This document shows, piece after piece, positions 12,868-24,800 of a DNA stretch of 64,000 nucleotides (its first letter is position 1; the number at the start of each line of letters is the position of its first letter). The notes under the pieces are model-generated. The model did no database searches. It was not told where the DNA came from and was given only the letters and a program-made list of their open reading frames with translations. Both the position numbers and the translations under genes were made by a program. The DNA comes from Azolla caroliniana. Its lineage: Eukaryota; Plantae; Polypodiophyta. Location of the stretch: assembly GCA_043228905.1 (NCBI GenBank), contig JBHGNT010000014.1, positions 4,650,001 through 4,714,000 on the forward strand, in the 5' to 3' direction.

Positions 12868-15155
12868 TTTCTGCAACAGCTCGCTCTGATACCAGATTGT
12901 TGAGAATCGAACCTTCTATTCACCTTCTTCGGTCGGCCACAACCGATTAATCGCGGATCAATGGAGCAGAAAATAGGAACCACACGGAGAAACAAAATAA
13001 AACGCGAGTACACAGGGATTAACGTGGAAAACCCTAGACGGGAAAAACCACGGGAGTACAAGACTCCAAACCAAACACTATACAGAGAAGTATACAATGG
13101 CGAGCTGCAAGGCGACGACCTTGAGCTCGCTGTCCTCGCCACAGGCGGCGGAAATACACAGAGGCGTCTACCTCTTCGTCTCTCGCGCTCTATCTCGGGT
13201 ACTCTCTCTTCACTCCCCTTGAGTGGAAAAACAGAAAAATAAGCAGCAACATAAACTGTTTGCCCTAAGTCATATTTATACACATATGACTTTCGGGCTA
13301 TTTACAAATATAGCCTCAAGGGCTCTTGGCAAACATATTCACAAATATGTCCCCGCATCCGGATCTCCCTCCGGGTACATTCGTCATCCGGCTCCGTAAC
13401 CGGGGTCTTCAGCATCCGGCTCCGTAGCCGGGGTATTCATCATCCGGCTCCGTAGCCGGGGTCTTCATCATCCGGCTCCGTAGCCGGGGTCTTCATCATC
13501 CGGCACCGTAACCGGGGTCTTCATCATCCGGCTCCGTAGCCGGGGTCTTCATCATCCGGCACCGTAACCGCAACCGGGCTTGCCGTCATTCATCTCCGGA
13601 CATCCCATCCGGAGGGACCGAAATCCCAACACAATGTTAGGGTTGAGCTTATATACTGAAGCCCTAACTAGAATACGTGTTCACACTAGGATACAAAGTG
13701 GAAGGAGTCGGCCTTTGATGCCAACACAAGCAAGTCTCCACCATCGAGAGAATCAGAGACTACATACGTCGTACGAAACATCTCCACCACCGATGTAGTC
13801 TGAGTGATAAAATGTCAGACGAAAATTTGACGAGTTGTTTCATCAACGGGTTGTTCCACCCGACACTCCAAAACTTCCTCATCGCCAAGATGTGCTGATT
13901 GTTTACTGAGGCATGCACCATAGTGATGAACTTTGAAGATTCAATGAGCGGGCTCTGAATACCTACTCAAGAGCCCACGAACAATCATGAAAGAACCCTA
14001 GGACCAACACCCTCCGCAACATTGAGACTACCTTGTATAGAAAGGCCTCAAGCATAGCCCCAAAGAGAAAACGTACGGTGCACCGTTTGTCATAGTCATC
14101 ACACAAGGCACGATTGCCCACGCCTCCACCAATGTTAGCCTTAGTATTGCAAGTGGTGCAAAGACTTCGTGATGCACTCCCAAGAGAATTGCTGACAAGC
14201 TTCGAACAAAAGATTTGGGCTAACGTCGGTTGTAGAACACCGACAATCACCTCCTTGGCTAAACCACCCACCACTACCTGTGATACTTCCCCAACAACCT
14301 CCCCTACCCCGAATCGGAGCGCACCTTGCCAAGCTCAATTACACCATCGATAACCAAGCTTAGGTTGGGGGGTGGGGGGGCACAACAAAATACAAAGACG
14401 CATATCTAGAGTATGCCGGCGAAGAGGAAGTGCTCTCTCACTTCGTGGATTTTGAAGGTGACCAAATATTGGTCCACGTACTTCGGGGTGAACAAAGAGG
14501 CCCACCAATAGGGTATGGAGGTAACAATAGACAAAGGAGGTTAGAATTGAAATTTTTTCAATTGCCAGGGACCCCACATGGTTAGTAAGTGCCCAACTAA
14601 AGCTGAATTCTACAACCGGATGGCACAACGACTGTAATATATGCCACTGGAAGCACCCCCACAACCATTGGTACAAAATTTCAATCAACAGTCACATGAT
14701 CTCATCAAGTGGTTCCAAAGAAAAGCTCATGCCCCGAGTGTGGTAAAGAACACTTTGTTCCTAACTGCCCATAAAAGAAGAAATGAATTGGCACCAATTT
14801 GTTATCCATCATACCATCGACAATCGGCGCTAATGTTATCACACGGGCTCAATGGGTAGCTCACCACCTAAAATGTCAGGACTAGAGCCTCCCTACCACC
14901 ACGTGGAGAAAGAGGAAATCCAAGAAAGTAACATCTACAAGGTCTTGTAGACAACAACTGGAACTTGAAGGACCATGAAAAAGGTAACCCACCGTGTGGC
15001 GAGTGCGTAAGGAGCTCACCAAAGCCCAGGGATGGCACATGGGCACTAAACAATTCTAGGTACCTAAACGAAATCACATATCCACACCAAAACCTCACAC
15101 TAGCAATGACCATCGCTTCATGGCACCCACCATTAAGCTAGCATCAATCTCAACA

Positions 15156-15525
15156 TCAAGGGATACGCATCAAAACCGAACTACAACCAAACACCCCGCC
15201 CAAGTAAAGCTTGCCTGCAACGTCTTTGTCACTCCACACCCTTTGTGGAATATCAACATCCAAGGGTACTGAGGGTGATCGTTTTATCACATACGTCGTT
15301 GTCATCAGTGTCTCAGCCCAGAACATCTTCAATAACTTTGCATGTGAAAGCATAGTTCGTACCCTCTCCATTACGGTCCCGTTCATCCTCTAGGCCAGCC
15401 CGTTAAGCTTTAGCGTCTTTGGTATGGTATACTCGAGCCGGATTCCCTGTGCTCGGAAATATTGTTCGAACGGTCTGCGGTACTCTCCGCCATTGTCTAC
15501 TCGGACTGCCTTCAGTTTTGAGTCG
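15156..15525 (-). pseudogene. Copia integrase fragment
   Basis: MERVRTMLSHAKLLKMFWAETL..RSPSVPLD. Confidence 0.8.
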
Positions 15526-15529
15526 GTGC

Positions 15530-16172
15530 ATTCATACATGGACATACATATATTCATTCATACATTTCTATACGTACATACATACACATGCCTACAATGA
15601 TGCATTTATAAATGTTACCAACTTACATACATACATGCATGCATATCTACACACATACATACGTGCATATGTGTATGTATGTATGTATGTGGTGCGTGTT
15701 GTATGTGTGTATGTATATATTGTATTGTATTCACGAATACACACACATAACACATACACATGTGCCATGCATAGAATACATACATATGCACATGTAAAGA
15801 ACATACACAGACATGCCATACACACACATAACAAATACATACATAGACACATGCTATATATACAATACATAATACATGCATACATATTTAGAAATATAGA
15901 ACACACACACATAACACATACATACATAGACGGATGCTACACATATGATACATACAATACATACATACATACATACATACATATGCATATATAGAAATAC
16001 ACACACACACAAACATTAACACATACATACATCGACACATGCTATACATACAATACATATATAAGAACATCTATAGAACATGTGTGCACACACACACCCA
16101 TATAGACACAATGCATACATACACACATGCCATATACACAATACATACATAAGCACATGTATAGAACATACA
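15530..16172. repeat. (TACA/CA/TA)-rich low-complexity tract; resumes at 18571-18695
   Basis: Degenerate microsatellite that explains the spurious H/T/Y/I-rich ORFs. Confidence 0.9.
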
Positions 16173-16180
16173 GAATTACC

Positions 16181-16530
16181 CTCCCAGGTCATGGTCACTT
16201 CGTACAAGATGTTGCCATCTCTTTCATCTATCAGGGAGCTAGGATGGAGAGCTTCATCTATGGGACCTCTACAACCCACTGATTCACTGGACACTCTAAA
16301 GACGTTCTGAGCATTGCCTTCTCTGTAGAAAATCATCAGATCGTTCCTGCGTTGAGGGGTTGATTCATCAAGCTTTAGAACTGTACTCTCGGTGAGTGCA
16401 AATATACTATCCAAGATGGAGATGCACACACCGGCTGGGTATCATGTGTTAATTCTCACATGTTATTGCGAATCCTATCATTGTTTCTGGTTCTTGGGAC
16501 AAATCTGTGAAGGTGTGGAATCTTATTAAC
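16181..16530 (+). pseudogene. RACK1: RACK1 (WD40, G-beta-like) gene fragment with stops and frameshifts
   Basis: Hand translation: LPGHGHFVQDVAIS / LSGS*DGELHLWDL / FTGHSKDVLSIAFSVENHQIV / [22 protein letters not shown] / [18 protein letters not shown]. Confidence 0.9.
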
Positions 16531-16828
16531 CTTAAATCACCCCGTAATTACAACAACAATAGGTCATAGTTGGGAGCTCCTCCATACAAGGGAATATTAT
16601 ATGCAAAGCCATCTATGCTATTGCAAGTGAGTTGATATAAAAAGTTCAACATTATGGCTTGTATGTACAGTTGTTTGTTGTAATCATGTTGTGTAGTTTT
16701 TCTCCTCCTAATGAGTTTTCCATGGGTATGATATTTTTACGCAACAAACATTAAGAAATATGCAATTTTGTTGAAATAATTGTTGATTTTGGGTTAGATA
16801 TTGAAATAATCTTATTTATACTTGCAAG

Positions 16829-17602
16829 TTGGGAAAGTGTGGAAAAAGGGATCAGCCAAATAATTATCCTGAAGTTGTTATTGCATGCAGCTAATGACAT
16901 GCCCGTTTAATGTGTTTTGCGAACATTTTGTTTATGCTTTCACTTCAAAATTTTGTTTGTTTAATACAATCATAAAATGTAGTTCTTGAAGAATGTTAAA
17001 CTGGGATTTTTGTTTTAGAACGATTATCAATGCTCATAGGCATGGCTATCGTTTGGGGCTATGCATACCTCCTTATAGTAATGGGAGCCTACATACATGC
17101 CTTTGATGTTATTGATTCCAACTGTTGGATTGGTCGAGTGTCATTGGTTGTTTCATCACCTTGGTAATTTGAGCCATCTTGATTGTTTCTATTGTTCATT
17201 TCACAATATAACATCATTTTTGAAGTGTGGGCAATTAGATAGAATCATCCTCTGAAACTCAATAAATATAAGTGATATGCATGTATATCTCAATGTTATC
17301 TGTTTTTGGGCAAGGAAGAACATGTAAGGGCATGATGTAACACGATGGTGAATAACACTTACATCAATGTGTTACTCATGGATAAATATTGTATAGACAT
17401 TTTTTGGTGATATAAGATCATTGTTCCTCTACCAATTCTCTTTTAGTAATTCCTAGTTATGTATTGCAAGTTATATGTATCTAAGCTGATATTTAGACGG
17501 AATATCAAGGTTGCCGAAATTGTGAATTTAGTTTAATTTTGAATTTCTAGGCTTTGCATTCCTTATGCTCTTCAATGGGGTGGTTCGACATTTCATGCAA
17601 GT
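16829..17602 (+). pseudogene. Nucleobase-ascorbate transporter (NAT/NCS2) gene fragment: at least 3 exons with introns retained
   Basis: Exon ~16829-16890 LGKC.EKGISQIIIL. Exon ~16983-17163 ..LERLSMLIGMAIVWGYAYLLIVMGAY..NCWIGRVSLVVSSPW. GT-AG intron 17164-17550 splits the TG|G codon. Exon from 17551 LCIPYALQWGGSTFHAS. Confidence 0.82.
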
Positions 17603-18570
17603 CAACGTAGGACTACACCACGAGCTAGTCAACGTAGGACACATTTTGGCAACTCAACGTAGGACTACACCACGAGCTAGTCAATTTTGGAACCACCAAG
17701 GGATCACATCGGAATTCCTAACAAAGTTTTGGGGAACATTATGGAAAAGGAAGCAAGATATGAAAATAAATGTCTTCCAATGGTTAGTAATACATAGAGC
17801 ATTGCCAATTGGCCAATGGTTGCAACAATCAGCTGCACCGACCGCATGCATCTATTGTTGTTGTCAGATGGAGACATTGAAACATTGCTTGTGGGAATGT
17901 CATGCTGCACAGCAAGTTTGGAGGCGAGTGTTCCGAGTTCTTGCCTTTATGTTTAGGGATTGCAGTTTTCGTGGGGTATGGTAGTATGGGCCACAGTGGC
18001 ACAAGTGGTGTGGCCATATGATGCATGCCCAAATGACACGATTATTAGAATTCAAAGAGGAAGGATAATGGCGGTGCAACAAAGTCAAATGGAGGCTCCT
18101 TACATGTTAAAGACAATGCAAGAGGTATGGGAGCTACTATGCACCACCACAATGTGGTTTATTTGGACTGCTAGGTGTTCTAAGGTGTTTGGTAATACTA
18201 CTATTCATCCAGTGGAAAGTACACGGAATGTCTGGATGGAGATGGTACATACCTTGAAAGGACAGTATGAGGATATTAAAGGTGAGACAGATGTTGCAGT
18301 GTTGCAACGTCTCGAATTTATGGTCTATTGGAAGAAGACCCCTTTTCTCACAATACAAAATTCAAGACCTAAATGGTGCTTAGCGCCACCAGTATGGTTG
18401 TTCCCACCACCAATCACATAACTTGGTTAAGGAGTGGTGGAGTGTTGAGGGATGGGACCTATGGAAGAATGCACCAGATCAATGGTAGCTTGATGGTAGG
18501 TCAATTTTTTGTAATGTTCATAACTAATGAAAGGATATTTTTCCGGAAAAAAATAAAAAATAAAAAAAAA
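17603..18570 (+). mobile_element. 5'-truncated L1-type LINE (3' end of ORF2, 3' UTR, poly-A)
   Basis: zf-RVT motif LWKRK..KINVFQWLVIHRALP..CIYC..ETLKHCLWECHAAQQVW; WFIWTARCSKVF; A-tail 18547-18570. Confidence 0.88.
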
Positions 18571-18886
18571 TACACAATACATACACACACACATAACATA
18601 TACATACATACATACAACCATACATAAAATATACACAACACATTCAAATAATACAATGCATATATATATATATACATCTATAGAATATACATGTGTGTTT
18701 TTCTATGTAAGGGTATTTAAAATAGTTGTTGTCAAAATATATATTGACAATAAGGGGTATTTTTATTAACCGTTTTCTTACAAAAGGGTTCTAAAATAGT
18801 GAAAAAACATATGTATAAGGGGTTTATAAAAGATATCTAGAACGCACGTGATCCAACCACTTTATATATAGTGGAGCCCCTGGGGC

Positions 18887-19175
18887 CGGATCAAATAGTG
18901 GTAGTAATACAGGACCGAACAGTGGTGACAATTGAGCGTACCATGGTCACAATGGAGGAACTAACTCAGTCGGTTCAAACAATGTTAGCAATCCAGAACC
19001 GAATAGTGGCGGCCACTAAGAGTACAATGGTGACACTAGAGGAGTGAACTCCATCGGATCAAACAGTGGCAACAATCTAGGACCGAACATTGGTGGTAAA
19101 TGAGTGTAGAATGGCGATAATGGAGGAGTGAACTCAATAGGAGCGAACAGTGGTCAAAATCTAAGCCTGAATAGT
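18887..19175 (+). repeat. Degenerate 84-bp tandem repeat (~3.4 copies)
   Basis: (G/A)ACCGAA anchors at 18913, 18997 and 19081. Confidence 0.75.
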
Positions 19176-20149
19176 CACAAAGTGATGGCCAACGTGATGT
19201 GGCAATGGATCATGTATAATGGACCTAGGAATTTGGTATATAATTTATGGTGCACATTTATGGTGCTCATTTATATAATTAAAACATTCTAATATTTTCA
19301 TTCATGGTGCAAAAATGACTAGTTATCACTGGTAGCTTTTTGTATAGCTAATTAGCTATGTTAGGGACATAGCTATTGTTTCCACTTCCATGCTTTCACC
19401 CTAATATACGCATTCATCAGCAAACATATGAAAACGAATGTTTGAGTAGACTAATGTGTATAATACGTACCATGATATAGTTAATTAGCAATTAGGGGTC
19501 AAGCTTAGATATTTAGCTACTACTCTTCCATAACTTTAACTATTTAGTTATTACTCTTCCAGAACTTTAGCTACCACTGTACTATGGACTTTGCTATTTA
19601 GTGGTTAGAGGGTTCTAAGTTAGCTAATTAGCTTTAACTCTACTACAAACTCGGTTATATAGCTAACTAGCTACTACCAAAACTTATACTTTCATTTATA
19701 CATTTGAGTTTAAGTAATTGAGTAGCAAACCTACCTCTCTATTTTGTCCACTATTTAGGGAGATTTGTGGAGCAATGCCCACACACATTGATGAAATGCG
19801 ACAGAACATAGCAAAACATATTGAATGAGATGTATGCTTGAACATTCAATGTATTGTACCCTCCAACTGATACTTTTGGTAAGGGAGCTTGAATGGTAAG
19901 GTCATATACTTGTTTTATTATTACCATTCCTCCAAAAATTATAGTTTCTTTTTAAGGCAACATAATTTGTCTTCTTGATTGAGATATTGTTCTTGAAATT
20001 GTTACACTTACGTGTTCCTCGAGTAGCTTTGATTTGAACCTTTTGCCTATACATGGGCACTTTTTACTCTAGTGTTGGCTAGAGGTTTTTTCCCCATGTT
20101 ACCACATACATGACTCACTCATATGTGGTGGTACTTAGTACTTAGGGAT

Positions 20150-20745
20150 ATATATTTCAGCTCTTACTAGTTTTGTAGGATTCATCAATAGAGAGAGCTA
20201 TTCCAACCATTGTCTTCTCTGTGTGAGCGCTTCTTGTCTGAGCTTCTTGTGTGTGCTTCTTGTGTGTCTCCCACTCTTCCACATACACCCAACAATGGTA
20301 TCAGAGCGGGTTCTTCATCCTCTCCATCTTCAGTTTTTCGCGTCACTGCGCGCCCGCATTTTTAATAGTGCAAATCAACTTCCAAATATAGAGAAGTGAT
20401 TTTCAGCACTCGGAGAGCATTTCCACCGGGTACCCTGTTGTTTTACCCCCCATTTTGAAGTCGTTCATGCAGTCAAAATCGCCATCTGAGTGACAGTTGT
20501 GAGTTGAAATTTCAACACTCATTTTAGATTTCGTTGAGGTAAGATTTTATCACTTTCTTGTTCTTTGGTGAAATGGCAAACAATAGTGACTTGTTTGGCA
20601 TGCTTCCAAGCTGAGGATAAGCTTGATGGGACTAACTATCCAATGTGGTCCTACATGATGAAACATGTACTTGTTGCCAAACAACTATGGAACATAGTGG
20701 TAGATGTAGATCGGCGTCCCACTGGTCTTTCTACTTCACAATCTA
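20150..20745 (+). mobile_element. Truncated copia 5' end: LTR end, PBS and gag start
   Basis: LTR ends CCCAACA at 20294; PBS TGGTATCAGAGC 20296-20307; DKLDGTNYPMWSYMMKHVLVAKQLW. Confidence 0.85.
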
Positions 20746-21399
20746 CCCCGTGTTCCACTTGTGTGTGCCCAAAAGTAAAAAATTCGGGGATTCCCATATT
20801 TCACTCCCTATAATACATTATTATATGTATCTAAGTTTTGCCCACTGAATATTAGCTAAAATAATAGTTAATTAGTTATGGCCATTGTATCTGCATGGTA
20901 GCTATCATAGTGTTTCCATTCCCATGTTTTCACCCCTACATGAAATGGTGGAGATGTTTAGATGCCAAAGGTGCAACCAAACCAAGAGGGCTACAAGCCT
21001 TTTCATGCCTGGATTCTAGCATGGACGATTCATGACTACCCTACATATGGATTTTGTTCCGGTATTGGGATAAGCCTATAAGGCACTATAAAGAATCAGA
21101 TATGATTCTATGTAGTGGAAGAGATGTGTGTTATGTGTGTAAGAGAGAGGAGAGGAGATAAACACAAGTTAGATTAGATAGAATAGAAAAAATTGAATAC
21201 TCAAGAAGAAGATGTATATTAACAAGGAATATGAGATTCAAAAATGTCGCATTACAAGGGAGGACAACCGATACACTATGAAGTAGGAGGGTGCTTTATA
21301 TAAGGTCACCCTCTCTATTCATTAACTTATTACAACAACCACTCTCTCTTGGGGAGTGTGGAGACTCATTAGTCATGATCCAAAAATCCGTTGCAAACT

Positions 21400-21708
21400 T
21401 TGAGACAAAATCTTTGTGTTGGCATGAGAGCTTTCCAAGACGACAATTTGAGTTTTCTATTTCCATGATTAAGCTCCAAAATCACTTAACTTTGTGCCCG
21501 AGATCAAATATCCGTGCCAAGAAATTCAGCATGACCTTGACTAATAATGGAAACTACTTGAGACAAAATCTTTGTGTTGGCATGAGAGCTTTCCAAGACG
21601 ACAATCTGAGTTTTCTATTTCCTTGATTAAGCTCCAAAATCACTTAACTTTGTGTCCGAGATCAAATTTCCATGCCAAGAAATTCAGCATAACCTTGACT
21701 AATAATGG
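21400..21708. repeat. ~155-bp direct tandem duplication in an LTR-like remnant
   Basis: TTGAGACAAAATCTTTGTG...GACTAATAATGG occurs twice (21400-21550 and 21558-21708). Confidence 0.85.
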
Positions 21709-21852
21709 GTCTGAGGAGATTGGATTGAGTAGAGAACCGATATTTTCATATGGTAGGTTCATCTGGATAATTTGGATATGATGAACTCTTACATGTAGCA
21801 GCGATCAAGGCATCATTGTGAAAGAATATATATCACTACATGTTGAATATGA

Positions 21853-24800
21853 TGACAGGAACTAGAAGCTCCCTATACGCAACGCTCGGCCACAAGCGAG
21901 CTTAGAATCATACACAAAAAACGGGAAATAAAGCACGACACGAAGAAGAGAGGAGTACGTAGGATGTTTACGTGGAAAACCCAAACTAGGGAAAAACCAC
22001 GGCAGCTCACAGGCTGCAAACTATCACTATGCTAGAATGTACAACAGTGAGTTCACGGAGGCAACGACCTCGTGCTCACGATCTTCGCCACAGGCGGCGG
22101 TTACAACAGAGGCAACGACCTCTCTCTCTCTCTCTCTCTGTACACAATTACGCGCTCTCTCACTCCTTACACCAACAAGAATGACAACCACACGATGGAT
22201 GGCACTTTGACTGTCGCAATAGAGCCGGTATTCATCTTGTCGGATACCGAGCTCTCCGATGAAGTCCTTCATCCATAAGATTTCCTTGCCGGCTTCCACA
22301 GCTGCCATGTACTCTGCCTCCGTGGTTGACAATGCAACCGTCTTCTGCAGCCTCGACTGCCACGAAACAACTCCCCCTGCATATGTCATTACATACCCAG
22401 ATGTAGACCGGCTGGTATCCACATCAGCTGACATGTCTGAATCGGTGAAACCGTCAAGTTGAGGTTTTCCGGAGCCGAATCGGAGACACAAATTTGAAGT
22501 GCCCTTCAAATACCGGAGTATCCATTTGACCGCGTTCCAGTGCTCCTTGCCGGGAATGCTCATAAACCGGCTCACCACTCCGACTGCGTATCCTATATCC
22601 GGTCGGGTACACACCATTGCGTACATCAAGCTCCCGACGGCAGAGGCATATGGAATCTTCATCATATCCGCCTTCTCTGCTTTTGTCTTCGGGCTTTGCT
22701 TACCGGATAGCCTACAGTTTGCCGAAAGTGTCGATCCGACCGGTTTCGCATCTGACATGTTGAACCGGTGAAGCACCTTTGTCACGTACTTTTCCTGTGA
22801 TAGCCATAATTGCTTCACTGACCGGTTCTAGATAATATGCATCCCCAACATCTGTCTTGTCGGACCCAAGTCTTTCATTGAGAAGGTCCGGTTGAGGGCC
22901 TTCTTCAGCATCTGTATTTTGACTTGGTCCCGTCCGATGATCAACATGTCATCCACGTACAGAAGGAGTATCAGGAAGTCGCCTCCTTCAAACTTCTTCA
23001 CAAACACGCAGTGATCGGCCTGCGTCTTGTGGTACCCTTGATCGGCCATGAAGGAGTCGAACTTTCGGTACCATTGACGGAGAGCCTGCTTTAGTCCGTA
23101 TAGGCTCTTCTTCAGCCGGCATACCAGGTGCTCCTTCCCTTTCTCCACAAATCCCTCCGGTTGCTGCATGTAGATCTCCTCTTCGAGGTCGCCGTGAAGG
23201 AATGCCGTCTTCACGTCCAGCTGCTCTACCTCGAGGTCCATGCTTGCCGCTATACTCAACACCGTCCGGATGGAGGTCATCTTTACAACCGGGGCAAATA
23301 TCTCGTCGAAGTCCACGCCCTTCTTCTGCTGGAACCCCTTCACCATGATCCTGGCTTTGTATCTCGGGGGGTTGCCGGCATCTCCCGGTTTCAACTTGTA
23401 CACCCACTTGTTTCAGAGTGCCCGCTTTCCTTTCGGCAACTCCACCAATTCGTACGTATGGTTCTCATGCAGGGAATCCATCTCATCCTGCATGGCACTT
23501 AACCATTTGCGGCTGTGGGTGTCATCCTTCGCTTCTTCGAAGCTTCAGGCTCCCCCTCATCGGTCAACAGAACATGCTCTGCATCCAGACATCTCCGGGG
23601 GGCCCTTCTCTCTTTGAGAGGATATCTCCGTCTTCGGGCTTCGGTGACCGGCTCCTACATTTGCTCTTCATCCGAATCCGATTCGGGGTCTTGGCTGGTT
23701 CCGGATTCGGCTTCCTCTACTTCTTCTTCAGCCTGTTCGGTATCCTCACCGTATCCGGCTGGTTCTTCGAGTGCTAACCGGTCTCTCGCCGGTTGGGTCT
23801 GCTCATTGTAGAATCGATCCTTACCGGTCGACTCGGAGTTCATTATCTTCTTCTCCGACTCCCAGTCGGTAAGCGTCTTGTCCTCCATGAAGATAATATC
23901 TCGACTCCGGAATACCTTCTTGTCGACCAAGTCCCACACTCGGTAGCCGAACTCATCGTCACCGTAACCGAGGAATATACATGGCCGGGTCTTTGGATCT
24001 AACTTTCCTCTCCAGTCCTTAGCTACATGCACGTACGCGAGACACCCGAATACCTTCAGATGCCGGTAGGATACTTCCTTACCGGTCCATACTCTCTGTG
24101 GCATGTCTCCGTCCAAGGGTACTGAGGGTGATCTATTTATCACGTATGTCGTCGTCGACAATGCCTCAGCCCAAAACTTCTTGGGTAGTTTTGCATGCGC
24201 TAGCATACTCCGAACCCTCTCCATTATGGTCCGGTTAATCCTCTCGGCCAATCCGTTTAGTTCCGGCGTCTTCGGCACGGTAAATTCGAGCCGGATTCCC
24301 TTCGAGCGGCAGTACTCCTCGAATTGCCCCCGGTATTCTCCTCCGTTATCTGCTCGAACCGCCTTCAGCTTCTGGCCGGTTTCTCTTTCCACTCTCGCGT
24401 GGAGCTCTTTGAAAATGGATAGCACCTGATCCTTCGTCTTCAACGGTGTGGCCCACAACTTCCGGCTGTGGTCATCTATGAACATCACGAAGTACTGCAC
24501 TCCAGCATGTGACTTCGTGTCTACTTGACACACATTCGCATGCACCAACTCCAGTGGTGCATTACGTCTCATCGGTGGCCTTGGTCGGAAGGAGGTCCGG
24601 TTTTGCTTACCGGCCAGACAATCAGTGCACTTCTCCAAGTGCACGTTCTTCACTCGAATGAGGTTGTCGTCTGCAAGCCTCTTCATCCCCTTCTCGCTCA
24701 TATGACACAACCTCTTGTGCCACAGCTCACCGGCAATGTCGGATGCCACGTTCACTTCTTCCGGACACAACCGGGCATTCATCAGGTACAATGTGTTGAC

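Larger units (their letters stand above)
8036..13631 (-). mobile_element. Intact, very young Ty1/copia LTR retrotransposon (Tnt1/Tork-like)
   Basis: LTRs 8036-8783 and 12898-13631 are nearly identical. TSD CAATG (8031-8035 and 13632-13636); the empty site is visible at 1021-1040. PBS 12883-12894; PPT 8784-8793. Confidence 0.97.
882..13726 (-). mobile_element. Old full-length Ty1/copia element with short LTRs; hosts four nested insertions
   Basis: TSD CAAGC at 877-881 and 13727-13731. 3' LTR 882-1118; 5' LTR 7857-8035 plus 13637-13726. PBS (tRNA-iMet TGGTATCAGAGC) 7843-7854; PPT 1119-1128. Gag 6396-7148, INT ~5150-5900, RT 2391-3326 (WELVELP..KWVFRYK, LYGLKQA), RNase H 1410-1840. Confidence 0.88.
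250..14100 (+). pseudogene. Heavily decayed gag-like remnant, split by the 882-13726 insertion (pieces ~250-881 and 13727-14100)
   Basis: Joining across TSD CAAGC gives a ...LKQVSTIERIRDYIRRTKHLHHRC...FINGLFHPTLQNFLI-like sequence reminiscent of retrotransposon gag. Confidence 0.35.

Noticed and set aside
8899-12903. Many overlapping and antisense ORFs over gag-pol
   Set aside because: Expected from GC-rich coding sequence; no independent motifs
15419-16310. His/Thr/Tyr-rich and Val/Cys/Met-rich ORFs
   Set aside because: Translations of a TACA microsatellite
16016-16429. Minus-strand 137-aa ORF as a gene
   Set aside because: It is the antisense shadow of the plus-strand RACK1 fragment
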